Of a stretch of DNA of 64,000 nt, positions 38,137 through 50,569 are shown piece by piece (positions within the stretch are counted from its first letter, which is position 1; every line of letters begins with the position of its first letter). The notes under the pieces are model-generated. The model did not search any database. It saw only the letters and a list, made by a program, of their open reading frames with translations, and was not told the DNA's origin. The stretch comes from Perkinsus chesapeaki ATCC PRA-425 (taxonomy: Eukaryota > Protista > Perkinsozoa), in contig JAAPAO010000023.1 in the NCBI GenBank assembly GCA_013115145.1, positions 1-64,000 of the forward strand, written 5' to 3'. Position numbers and translations under genes: made by a program.

Positions 38137-40887
38137 CTACCACTGATCATGCATCATCCATGCGAACGGCGGCTCTTCCGCTTTACGGCGGGCCAAACAT
38201 TGAAAGGGTTCAAAGCTACTGCTGTTGCCTATGATACCAATGGTCTCCAAACTTCTGCGCAGAACAGTCGCAACGCGTTGTTCACCCCAGATATCATTCC
38301 ATTTTAAGAGATGATCGCTGTTCTTGGTGCCGAACTTTACAAAGTCTATCAACTGTACACTAAGCTGCGCGTTCTCGTAGCCTCTGGCATACTCCCGAGC
38401 AGTAGCTTCGTGATCATGCTCGAACAGTGTCAGTATACCCAGTCGGTCGACAACGTCTGCTTGAGGAACCTGAGTCCAGGAAGCGTCGGTACAGATTGTA
38501 GTATAGTAAACACGAGAAGAACTAAGACAAGATGGGGGAATAACTAATGAGTGAAAGGGAAGTAATAGGAAATAAATACAAGTGAAACGGAAGTAGTAGG
38601 AAATAAATACAAGCGAAGGGGAAGTAGTAGGAATTAAATACAAGTGGAACGGAAGTAGTAGGAATTAAATACAAGTGGAACGGAAGTAGTAGGAATTAAA
38701 TACAAGTGAAAGGGAAGTAATAGAACGGATTACTTCACTAATATCCACCCTCCAGCAGGGATCCTTTTCTTCGCTACTGAGATGCCAGCTTATCGCACCC
38801 TCTGTAACAACCAGCGCCAGTTCAGCTGGAGTGCCTCTGCTCTGTACTAGGACTTTAAAACCCGTCCACCGCTGTACCCCCTCGAGCTCGTCATGTCCAT
38901 ACCACGATCGCATATGTCTGGCTGCCGGATGGTCCAGTGACATGTGGTCGTGAATGGAGTACAGGCTCGGTAGAGGGACCCGTGCCGATGACGTTGGTGC
39001 GGGTGCGAGCTTCTCCAGAAGATTTTGCGGGCCGTAGAGTATCGTATTCCAGCCTAGCTCTTCGCCAGCCCGCGCCACATTGGTGAAGTCTACAAAGCTG
39101 GTGAGATCCACAAAGCCCGGGCATTTCATCCAATTCGCTTGGCAATCATCGGGGAGCCCAGCAGCAATGCTCGACGGTGGGATCGGGGGAACCGCGACAC
39201 CATCTTCGAATGGGCTCGAGGACACACTGTGAGCTAGAGGTTCGAAGGGTGCGCCATAGTCGATGGAGAGTATGAATCCTCGACCGCCCAGTATACAGTC
39301 GACAAGCTGTACGTATTCCTCTTCACCGTGGCGCACTGAGAAAGCCACCGATACGTGACCCATTTCACGGTAGCGTCTTGCGATAGTCATTATTGACTTC
39401 GCGTTACGCCGCATCCAAGGAGCGAACTGCCGACAAGTGTCGGGACTAAGGGCTACGCTTAAACGCCTTGTCGTCATGAGATGAACAAGTTGTATCTCGG
39501 CAGCCTCGTGGTCTCGCATCAGATGTCTAAGCTCCCTGTATACATGTTTGCCGATGAGTATAGGGCGGGGGCCTTTAGCGATGAGTAACTTATGCTCTTC
39601 TTCAACGAGCATCATGAGGCGGTTCTGAAGGTTGATGTCGTTGCGGAGCCGGATACGCATATTGTGGGCAGCGTGAGGTAGCTGGAGATCTGTGTGGTCT
39701 ATCAGACGTGATAGAGCAAGCACGACGGCGATGCAGTCTTGCTTAGCATCCTCGTTGCACTTCGTTTTATTCAGAGCCTCCATCGCAGCTCGACCGACTG
39801 ATGACTCGACGATTGAACAGGAGATGGTGCGACTTTGCTGCTCCAGCTGAGCCACATAGCTCTCGGCGGCCGCCTTACTAACGCCTAGCATACCGTAGGT
39901 ATCAAGGAGATCCTCGAAGCTAATGACGTGAGCAATCCGTACTTCTTGCCAAGACGAACAGGCTGTTACATTGGTGGCAAAGACAGACAAGCGAAGTTTA
40001 GCCGGTGCAAATGCATCAAGCAGCTCATTGCTAAGTGCCACTCCAGCGCCGAACCATTCATGACGGAGTTGTTGACGTACTCGAGGGCATGTGGACTCGG
40101 CTGATTGAGCATCGGCTTCAACAACATTAAGGCCGCGCTTTCGCTGCCTCGCAGCCAGTGCTGGCGACCGTTCAACTATCACATACTGGCTTGCCTTGGC
40201 CCATCGAGAGGCAAGACCTTTAGTATCAAACGGGGGGTGTGCGAGGCACTCAAGGATATCGGAACCCAGCTGACCGCTGCCGGCACCGAACTCAACTATC
40301 GGAAAATAATCGGGCATGCCAGACACCATCCACATTATGAAGAGCTTTCGGCAGATAACGAAAGCGAAATGTGGCGATAGTGCCATGGGGTAGGTGGTGA
40401 AGTGGGAGAACTCCTCCGTGGTGGCACCATTGAGATCGATCTTGGCTTGTGATATGACTCTTCCTCTCGAGTAGTATCCAAAGTCAGGACCGTACTGCGA
40501 GTCAGTGTAAAACTCAGATAGGCTGTAGATCTCGTCCATAGGTATTGGTAAGAACATCGCCTCGTACCAAGATAGAGCTCCCCGATTCATCTCGCAGCAA
40601 CTTTCTGCTGTGAAAAGCTCGCCATCCCAGCACACCGGGTTCCCTTGGGGACCATGAAGTGTTGAGTTACAGCACGTACTGTAGCTGTAGCCGGACGACC
40701 AGCACTCGGCGTTGGGGCAGCAGTCGTCGTAGTTGATACCACCACTCCAGCATTCTGGCCGCTCAGCAACATCAGCTTTACAGCAATACTGAGGTGTGAA
40801 GCCACCAACCCAGCACTCCATAGCTGATATGTCCGGACCCAGGGGTTCAACGACAGTTACGAGGCCAGCGAGAAGGTAGCGCTTCAT
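38137..40887 (-). CDS. MidA/NDUFAF7-family SAM-dependent methyltransferase with signal-peptide-like N-terminus and four CW-x8/9-CC repeats
   Basis: Probable start MKRYLLAGLVTVV at 40887. Motifs FGYY, FTT, IVEFGAGSGQL, YVIVERSPAL, SNELLDAF, SIDYG and PGFVDLTSFVDF. One intron (~38470-38735) contains a minisatellite. Confidence 0.8.
38549..38725. repeat. 31-bp minisatellite, about 5.6 copies, intronic
   Basis: Unit aagtgraacggaagtagtaggaawtaaatac. Confidence 0.9.
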
Positions 40888-40909
40888 TGGGCAACAATGC
40901 TCGCCGACT

Positions 40910-43481
40910 TCAAAAGTTAATTGACAACTCGAGGGTGAATGGGGTAACTCTGAAACCGCACTCGACAGGATTCCATGGCTTTTGCAACACTTTCCGAAGC
41001 ACACGTAGAATCGACATGTCTGTCGTACAATAAAAAATATGCAACTTGAACCCGGGCACCGAAACCAGGAGCCTGAGACAGTCATCCGAAAGCCGCAAGA
41101 CCTGCGAGCGTACAGCAAGAGCTCTACAGCAGCCAAGCTCCACAACCGAGTAGCCAAGCTTGTGGGTGAGCAGTTCATCGAAAGGATCAAAGTCGAAGGA
41201 GCTGACTTCATCTCCAGAACTATCGCACCTGATGAAGGAGATGAGATGAGTCGAGGGGTGTACTGACAATCTTAGAGTTGAGGGATCGACAAAGAGGAAT
41301 CTTGCACCACCCTCGAGCTCCTTTGCGATGAGCGGCACCTGACGCACAGGTTGTTGAACTCATAAAGGCTTATACATGTTTAAGGAGCAGGGCATGTGTA
41401 GTGTTGTCAGTTTGTTACGTCGATATCATCAATTGCAACATTATAATAATGTTACGTACTATTCAAAGAATAATCGTAACTGACACTTGCAGCGCAGCAT
41501 TGTTGTAGACGTAGTCATCCTATTGTCCAATTCCAAGCCGTGCTTTAACATACAGCTTCAGACACTATTCGATCGACCTCTTCTAGAGTCCTCTTAGATA
41601 TCTGCGATACGACTGTCATCGCCTCGGTTGTCTCCAAGAGGACCTGCCCTTTGCAATATTAAAAGTGACAGCTGCTCTATTCACCGTAATGAGCTGCCCC
41701 TCCAGATAGCCTCGGTGCTTCATCACCTCATCACCGAACATTTTCAGGAAGAGCCTTGTGCAAGCTTCGGGCCTAGCCTGGACGTGAACGGATTTGATGA
41801 GGCTCATGCACGCTGATTGACTGGCAGCCTCCAAGCACGAACGAAAGCCCTGCAGCTTTTTATTCGGAAACTTCTTGTGAATCATGGTTCGGTTCAACGC
41901 TCTTCTCGCTGTCATATTTCCACTTAAAACAGAGCCACCATCGAATCGCCTCGTCTATATCGGACATGTCATCAAGCCCGACCTTAAAGCCACACAGTAT
42001 GATGGAGAATCTCGCATATCTGACCTTGACGCATGCATCCCATATAGCGATCAGGTCATCAGTAGACATCATCGACCGTCGTTTGGTATTGGCCAGCGCC
42101 CACTGGGCCATTCGTTCCAAGTGGGGCTTCTCAAGATGGCGACCATGCCGCTTAGCTATAGCACCGCAATCGAGGCTCCGAGGGAGATCTGACAAGGGGA
42201 GGACCAGGCGGCTTCAAACGCAATCTGAGACCTGCACTCGTTAGTCAATGCTAGTAATCTTCAAAGGCGACCGACTCATCAACGTGACAAGGTTCCGACC
42301 GAAACCTTTCTCGCCTGAGTGGACCGACGGCCCACAGAACTTACCTCCCTGCCAGATCTTGATCCTCTCAAGCAGTGATTGCTCGGCTCTCCGTTGCTGG
42401 TTCCGGAATTCTTCCGGGGGCTCCTCGACTGCGGTCATCGTTTCTGCTACTCTCAGTAACGATGGCAGCGGCAAAGACTCGCAGAGGGACGTTTGGTGGC
42501 TCTTCAGTATCTGACACGGCAGCCTCAAGCACCAACGCAGGATGCCGTCTACACTATCGAGCATCAGCAAAAGGTCTGCATTGTCAACCTGTTTCTGCCA
42601 CTCCTGTGAGCGACTCTCCGCCAACACAGTAGCGATCTGGGCGGCCTGGAAGGGATCGGACCACGGCTCGGTCGGCGCGGGTGTACTTGAATGTAGGACA
42701 TGGTTTGTACGTGGGATATTGTAGAAATCAGCAAAGACGACCAATCGCTGTAGGAGAGACCAGCAACGTTGATCAGCAGTGACCACGCGACAACCTGAGG
42801 AAAGCTGTCAGCTTATCGGAAGATATGCTCGTGAGGGCTCGAGCTCAGAATTGGGCAAGACTCCTACAGGGCGTTGTAGATGCCACCACGAGAAAATGAG
42901 AGGATCTCAAGGCCGAACCGAGGTCGCCAAAAAGGGGATACTTCCGCACCGATTGTTGAGAGCTAACATCTACCCTTACCAAATCAGCCGAGCTCATGTC
43001 CTTCGCGCGCCGTATAATTTTGCGACAGCTTTTGATCGCTGATGGATGATCGAGACCGAAAACGTCCATAGCGAGTCTCGCCTCGTCCATCAGAACACCA
43101 GTGCTAACGGCGCTCTGAGGAAGGATTAAGCGAACGCTGACGGGTGGCCCCTACTTCATCCCTGCTTTCATTCAGCCATTCAATTAGGGCCGTTCGAAGG
43201 CTACTGTCTGTTACCTCTGAAGAAGCCATCAGGCGCGCTACCTACTAAATTCCTTTTTATCAGCTAAAAGATGTATTTACCTCGAGGGCTTCTACCAGGC
43301 GAATTCCTGCTCGGTGACGAACAAGCTCAAGTGTGGCGTCACTCACTTCCAGCCACCGTAGCGGCGGACTTCCAGGGGACCGTGATAGTTCACGAGCCAC
43401 TTTGAGGAGCTGCCGGGCCGAACGGTGCAGCGACAATTTGGTCGATCCGGCGGGAATAGACAGGCAAGTGTGCGAGTTCAT
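40910..43481 (-). CDS. multi-exon hypothetical helical protein, possibly with a degenerate C-terminal RAP-like domain
   Basis: Open exons from MNSHTCLSIP.. through QRLVVFADFY, LLMLDSVDGILRWCL and DDLIAIWDACVK to VPLIAKELEGGARFLFVD...LLTHKLGYSVVEL. The RAP resemblance is weak. Confidence 0.5.
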
Positions 43482-43723
43482 TGCCTTGTGGAGTGCAGAC
43501 TTATATTGCCAAACTCAAATCCACGGCGGTTTAATAATGAAGCTTTGTTTCACGAAAAGAGCGACACACACGAAGGGGGGTAATGAGGACGAGTTGGGTT
43601 GCTAAGACTGAACGAATGATATACCGGGAGAGCTAATGAGCTCGACGAGGACGAAGGAGAAGAAGAGCGTTGCATGGCTTATGCAACGGAAGTTACTGCT
43701 AACAAAAATTATAAAGTCAATCA

Positions 43724-46700
43724 TCATTCAGATGCCTTCTTCTTTATGCTGGCCTTCAGGCTCCGCGGTAAATCTGACGTGATGATGTGCCCGGCGGCAG
43801 TCGCCTGGTGACGATGCTGAGCCTGGAGAGGTAAAGGCGCTGATGCTCCCACCATACCGGGTTGCCGTGGTGTCTTGATTAGAATCTGAAGGGTGCTGCG
43901 ATGGCCACGCATGTCGGAATTATCCTACAATTGATATCGTTCTTGGTGTCAGATGCCTCGCTACTCCAGGGGCCTTCCGATGAAGATTTCCCTTCAATTG
44001 GACTCAATGCTTCGAGGTCGCCATCAAGTGGTGCCAAAGCCCCAAGCTGGCACCCTGTCTCAACATCATCATCGGCAGCAGCAGCAGCCACCCCATCGGA
44101 GCTCCCTCCTGTGCTGCTCCGAGATGACAAATGCCAATCTTCGGCCCAGGAGCACTAATGTCACTAGATGCAGGCGGCAGTAAAGCAACGGGCCTACCGA
44201 GTACGAACCTGGTCGTCGACCAGGCCAGTAGTGACCATCACGCAGCTTGCCTTCGCCCCATGCCACACGTTCTTCAGACGATGCTTCGAAGCAATCCTGA
44301 GAAAGGGTTGGGGGCAAGCCGACCATTCGACCTACCTTGGTGATGACGCCGATAAGACAGTTGGTTCCCTTTTGCACGACAAAGAGGGACTTCAAGCGAA
44401 GCATGGTGAACATGTACTGTACACGGGCTACTGGAAGGGATTCGGGCACCGCTATTGGGGACCAGTCAGCCCCCTTGCCAACTTCTGTTAGTAGGCCTGG
44501 ACAGAGATGAAAGGGATAATATATACCCGACTCGACGTATAGTTTCGAGAAATCCCCTCTCCGCGAAATGCCATGGCGGCTCTACACTTTCTCTCACTCT
44601 AGAGCTCTAAGCTTTACACTGGGATACAATGCCAACCATCCAACACAACGTAACCTATGCGGATGCGAGGGGCCCTCCCATTGGCACTAATACGGCAAGT
44701 ATAACAACGACGACGACAAGGCTGGGAGCGCCGCAAAGGAAGGAGTCTCACTTTCGAGCTCCAACGGTCTTAATGAAATAATATCCTTCTTTTCGGCATC
44801 GGTTGTATCTCGTGGGAGATGACTCTCCTTCAACGCCTCCCTGACTTCGCTAACGATATCAACAGCTGGCACCACCCCTGAATGATAAGCTGACTTAAAG
44901 GGAGGAACCCTCAGCGCGCACCTCTCAGGAGCATCGAGGATCCAGAGCTGTCGAACTCTACCACTGGCACTTTATCGCACCCTTTAGGAAGGCGCTTTGA
45001 GGCATCGTAAGCGGTAATTAGCGGCACGTCATGACCTGATACAACCAGAGATGCTGAAGCCTCAGAAATATACATCACTTATAAACATTAACTCAAAAGA
45101 GGGCGAAGAGGCTCTAGATGCCATATGGGTACCAATAAGGTCATTTAGCACTCGACTGCCAACGCCACAGCCGAGGCAAGAGCTTTTCTCAAGGATATCC
45201 TTCATCGAACGCGTACTACTATTAGATGTCATCATGAATGAAAAATAAAGTGGAAGCTTTGTGAAATTCTGGCAAATGGTTAAACTCCTCGATGAGCGCC
45301 AAAACTGTGGGGGCTGCCACGGTTTTGCCGCAGTGTGGCATATTTCCCCACAGTAAGCGGCTTTAGATTTTCCCGACCTTACCATGCATTTTAGGTTGTG
45401 ATATACAATAGGCAGCATTAATTGGGACGGCTAGATCTCTACAAGTGTGATGATACCTAACACCAACCAGTGATACCAACTGAGAGCAACAAGCGGCTCG
45501 CAGTGGTCCTCAAAGAACATACTCCCTCCTAGAAAACCTGTACTCACGCTCACGATCCGGGGAAAGCCGGAAGTGTTTTTTTTTCAGAATTTTCCGTGAG
45601 AGCCAAAGCAACTTACAGCTCACTGCTCCTGAGGTGAGGAAGATAGGGCAGATTTCGCAAGTGTAAAAGAACATCATAAATGGATATCGTCAGCATCGCC
45701 GAAACAGTGTACGATATCAATGTGCCTGAAGGAGCCATCATCCCAGCCAGGTCTCATGTGCCTTACAAAGGAGGATCGGGGTCATGTTATGTATTTGGCC
45801 GGTCAACTCAAAGGCTATCACTGCCACCGATACCGTCCTGGTCACACCGGCTGTCACAGAAACAGCACCGATCAGCGAATACCTATAAGGGAAGGGAAAT
45901 GGTGAAGTTGTAGAGGAAGATAATGAAAGAGCATATACGTTTGTAAATTATATATAAGTACTTGGAAATACTATACGGGATGCAGTGATGTTTGGAGAAT
46001 TTATATAAATTGGTACGTCAGCGTTATCTACACTGCGCAACAAAACTTTAGCAAGTTGCGTTTTTTATAGGATTTAGGAACAATTAAGTTGTGCAAATCA
46101 ATGAATACCTCAGGTATAAGTTCTCTATGCATAGCAAGTATACCCTCGAAGTTTCAGAGGCAAACTCTTTGCCAGTATTGAGAAACAAGAAAATCGTGCA
46201 AAAATTGCGCAACATATTTTTAGCACATCATTCGGGGGTTAGTAGCAGCATAACCCTCTGTGAAGGGGTGACTCGAGCTCTTATGGTAGAATGATACAGC
46301 AATAGAAGGAAAGCAATATACTTCAATACCTATATGTTTACAGAGCTCCCCGCTAAAAGCACTATTAGATCCTTAAGGAGCACACTTCCGTAAGGCTCGT
46401 TAATGCATTCCAGTCTGCTGGCCGAACTGACTCTTGGTGTCCTTACAATGCTGGAGATGCAAGTCCTGCATCTGGGAAGAGCTCGTTCATTACAACACCA
46501 GCAAACCGACCACAAAGGGCACCGATGACGAATGTAGGAGTGAACACGCCTGCTGGAATGTGACCTGAAAGATACGTTACGAAACAACTTACACTATACT
46601 ACTATGCTTACAGCTTAGACTGAGGACAAATGTGGCGCATTTTACGCCAAGTAGGGCCTGAGTTGAACAACACCTAACCGAGGCCGACTAGCTTCGACCC

Positions 46701-48977
46701 ACCGCCAGATCGCCGATGCTGTGCATTGTGTCGTAATATAGCTGAGTGGTATCTTCTTCAGGGGAAAATAGAAGCTTGAGAAGCTTCTTATCCAGTCTTT
46801 TCAGAACTGGGAAGCTGCAGGAACCGCACTAGAAAGATTTCAGCAAAGATACGCACTTACGCACAGGAGATACCGGCTATGGCGAGCGTCACGCAGGCCG
46901 CCCATATGAACCGCCACACGGTTGGCAACTTGGTAGTGTATCGATTGATGTAGCCAATACAGTACCTGATGGAGGACTCCTATGGCAGCAAACACTGATA
47001 TCAATGTATTTTGTGCCGACAACTACTCTAAAGGTATCTTAGGTTGACCCTTGCTTACACCACAAGACCAGCTAGCACTCCACAGAATGCTGCTAAAAGG
47101 CAGAAGATGACGAGTTCCCAGTGCAGTGTCCAATCGGGAATGAAATCGACTTCGAACAGATCAACTATTCCCTAAAAACAGCCTTCCTCTTCAACATGTG
47201 ACTGATGTGGGCATCCTCACCGACTCCCTGGAGATCCGGTAGACCAGTACACAGACGATAGAGGAATAGAAGGCACGAGAGAGGTTAGAAACAAAGAAGT
47301 ATATAGCGGTGACCTGACAAGGGGAAGCATCGATCAGGGAGTCGCGGTACAAGCCACTTGCTAACAACATGCATCACAGGGCATCACCCCGACGGCTGCT
47401 GCGGCTTTAACATAATTTATACTAGAAATAGAGCGCCCCTATAGCATCTATACGAAAGCAGTTTGATAGGGGATATGTATATGGGCGTTCAAGTTACAGT
47501 GCTGTGTTGTTGTGGTATGCCATAAAAGATAGCAAGTAACCTAGCATCCCATCAAGATCAGTCACACTGTCCGTAGCGAAGCGGTCTCCTCTCTCTGTCT
47601 GATGGTTTACGGGCCACCAAAAATATCTAGGGACAGAGTCAGATCTATAAAGCATTTTCAGCTAGTTATAACTGGCTTTATTATGAGTTATGATGGCACC
47701 AAGGCATCCGATTGGGCGTGTCGACTATATACAAGTTCTGTGAATGCTAAGCTAGCTTTTATCGACTACCCCGTACTACCTCCACCGCGAATATGACACC
47801 GCCAACAGGGGCACCAAACGTGGCGGTGACGCCTGTGCTCACGGCAACTGCCAACAGCTGGAGACGGAAGGTCTCGTAGGTATAGTACCTGGCATGATTT
47901 GAGAAAAGAGCGGTATGAGATACATACCGACGGAACCATTTTTCTGGCAAATACCGACTTAAAGCATTCGCGATGCAACCGGACACGTGAACCTAATTAA
48001 TCTCAGTGAGAGTACAGCACATAGAGTGGACAGCTACAAAAGGGCCTTCGCTACCGATAGTCATGCCGGCTGCTATACCACACCCCAGACCGATCACCTT
48101 GGAGAGGAGGGTACCTGTTGTGGAAAACCTCCTGTGCAAGACCAATATCTTATTCTTCATTAAGGTTTCAAAGAGAAAAAACAGGAATCCACCTTCTGTA
48201 ATAAAAACCGACAACAGGTATGTATTCAAGCACGCCATACCAGCTCCTCCTCGAGCCGCTTCAGCTGACGCTTCTCCCAACAACGATACCAGATTTCATC
48301 ACAGATCTCTCCCCACAGAAACCGCAACATTCGCAAGCCTCCCTCATATCCCTGATTACGCAACGTTAAAAGATTAGATATGTCCTCGCCAACCAGCGTG
48401 GCCTTCATTTGGGGCACTCCTGACCCGAGAGCTGCCATGGAACCGAAATGTCTGAAGGAAAGAGACACGTAATAATGATAGCGTTTAAGGAGGTGGACCT
48501 ACACACAAGACACTGCACCTATGGCAAGAATAGGGCCTGTCAGAAAAAATACCCAAAGGGGGGCCTCAACTCTGAGAGAGTATCTAAATATACATTTCTG
48601 ACACCTCTAGCTGCACAATGACATTACATATTAACCACACAGTACTCCATACAGAGAACAACCAGTGCAGTTATGGCACCCAATAAAGTTAAAAGAATCC
48701 ACTGCGAGAATCTTATGGTAGAAAAGGCGAACCCGATGCGCCGTCTGAAGCTCAACGGCCGAGACGACATCGAAAACAGAGCTCCCTTCTCGCCCATAGC
48801 GGCTCCGAGTCCCGCCCGTGCAGTGTGCGGAACGTCATCCAAGCTGCCTGAAAGAATCCTGATGACCACCTGCACGAGTACGTCTGGTAGTAGTACCAAA
48901 GAGATCGGTGATAGCCATGGCATTGTGGCCTCCCCGACTCCATGGTGCATCATTGGCCGGCATTCAATGGCAGGCAA
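43724..48977 (-). CDS. CLC-family chloride channel, copy 1 (multi-exon, CBS tail)
   Basis: QWILLTLLG, GSGVPQMK, GSEGPF-VH, FGAPVGGVIFAVEV, IPAGVFTPTFVIGALCGR and the CBS2-like PVARVQYMFTMLRLKSLFVV. The exon model across 45000-46450 is unresolved. Confidence 0.85.
45600..45910 (+). mobile_element. degenerate non-LTR (LINE) APE-endonuclease fragment inside a CLC intron
   Basis: DIVSIAETVYD...RSHVPYKGGSGSCYVF resembles the APE 'DI.xxET ... GGGV.iYV' motifs. Frameshifted upstream, antisense to the host gene. Confidence 0.4.
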
Positions 48978-49047
48978 TTAAGAATAGGTAGAGAAATAAT
49001 AAACCAACTGTTAGGTTTGTTGTATAAATAGCGGGAAGCTAGGGAGT

Positions 49048-49073
49048 TGCCGGAACCAGGAATCGAACCCGGG
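49048..49073 (-). other. tRNA 3'-half remnant (T-arm plus 3' acceptor strand; B-box)
   Basis: Minus strand CCGGG-TTCGATT-CCTGG-TTCCGGC-A forms a canonical T-arm. No matching 5' acceptor or D-arm upstream. Confidence 0.35.
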
Positions 49074-49699
49074 TGCCCACACTCAACACTCGCAACAGAT
49101 CAATCGCCCCACAAAAGCACCTGCTCTCAGCAGTGAAGTGGGGATTGCTAAAGCCTAATAGAGATGAACTATAATAGGGGATTCGCAAGGTGGCACAAAG
49201 CCATGTAGAAAATTATCCACAAAATTGAAATCCTGTGGAGCACGGCGGCCTTCACTGTCGACTTGATTTAGACCGCGCCACCTACAACAAAGAGGCCTCC
49301 TTTTCACTACACCATGCCGGCCACTCCTTACTGTCGGCATCCACTCATCAATCCCAGTTTCAGCAGCGCTCTGTGTACCCGCTGATGATGAAGTGGACTA
49401 CCAAAAAACGATTTCCTAAACCAGCTAAACCTTGACCTACTTGTATGGTGCTGGTAGACTCTCGTTGGTCTCCACCGAATAACATAGAGAACGGTAATAC
49501 GTTGGAAGGGGTAATCATGGATGCTGATAAGCTTCCAATAGAGTGCCTTCGGAACTGACTTGGCATACTTTTTATCTGCCCAACAAACAACTCGTGACAT
49601 GTCCCACTACTACTACTAACTCAAAGCGAAAGGGAATGCGATGAACTAAAAGGCAGCATTGCAGTGAGAGCAGAAGTGCATTTAATTCAGCTACTATTC

Positions 49700-50200
49700 C
49701 CACAGTCTCACCATATCGTTGCCATCTGCAGTTGCCTTGATTGCCGACCCACCAACCGGCAACAGCTCATCAGGGATGTCAAACGAGGCCTAAAAGCACC
49801 CAAATCATCGACCGAGCAAGTTGCTATTGTTTCACCTTTGTTACGACCCCCCTGAGATCGTGAGTATTGTCATCGACTACAAAAAGGCAATGAAGTCTGA
49901 GCATCGTGAAGAGATATCTGACAGAAATGACGACGATCCACACAGGTACGAGCGCCTTTATTAAGCGCAGCGACATTTTATCGAGCTTCAACCAATCATG
50001 CCGGTTTTCAGTCGGAGAAGGTATTTTGTTGATGATTGTCAGGCAGTTCCAGTGCTCCACGGAAAACACTAAATTCCGAGCACCGTTGGTGTTGCGGCAA
50101 GTATCTTGCGCGCAGATTGTCTCCTTTGTGTTACATTCTGTCCCCCCCATCACAACCAACCGCTACGTTGGCACTTTACCCCTCTGTCTTCTTCTCACAA
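49700..50200 (+). mobile_element. degenerate non-LTR reverse-transcriptase remnant
   Basis: IVSIVIDYKKA (cf. D.xKAFD), SSFNQSCRFSVGEG and a frameshifted GV-RQ (cf. GVRQG) occur in the expected order, with stops. Confidence 0.33.
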
Positions 50201-50569
50201 CACTTTACCTTTTGAAGCTAATAGGGAGAAGATAAGCTACTGCCAACTACCAATCCCGAGGTACTTATTTGAAGTAGGGCATCTGCGGCTATTAAGCCAC
50301 CAAGAAAAATAGAATTTCGTGGCGCGCTAGAATATAGCTAAATTTTGCCACGCGCCAGCCTCGTGAATCTGTAAAGGGACATCTCTCGATGGAGAAGGAG
50401 TGAACTTGAGAAGTTATTGTTGTAAAGCTGGCGAATTAAGCTGCCGAGGGCCGTATTCCGGCGGGTAGCTAAGTGCGGCGGTTGATGGGATGGAGCCCAA
50501 CGGATGGGTGAACGAGATCGGGCAGGAAGCATCAGTTGTGTCAGATTTTATCGGTTTTGACATTTAAAA

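Noticed and set aside
38665-41211. 848-aa ORF taken as the real protein from 41211
   Set aside because: The first 108 codons overlap the upstream gene's last exon in another frame. The real start is more likely the ATG at 40887, and the tail after ..VDISE is intron.
45600-50200. APE and RT remnants as one LINE element
   Set aside because: They are separated by about 4 kb of CLC exons, so two independent insertions are more parsimonious.
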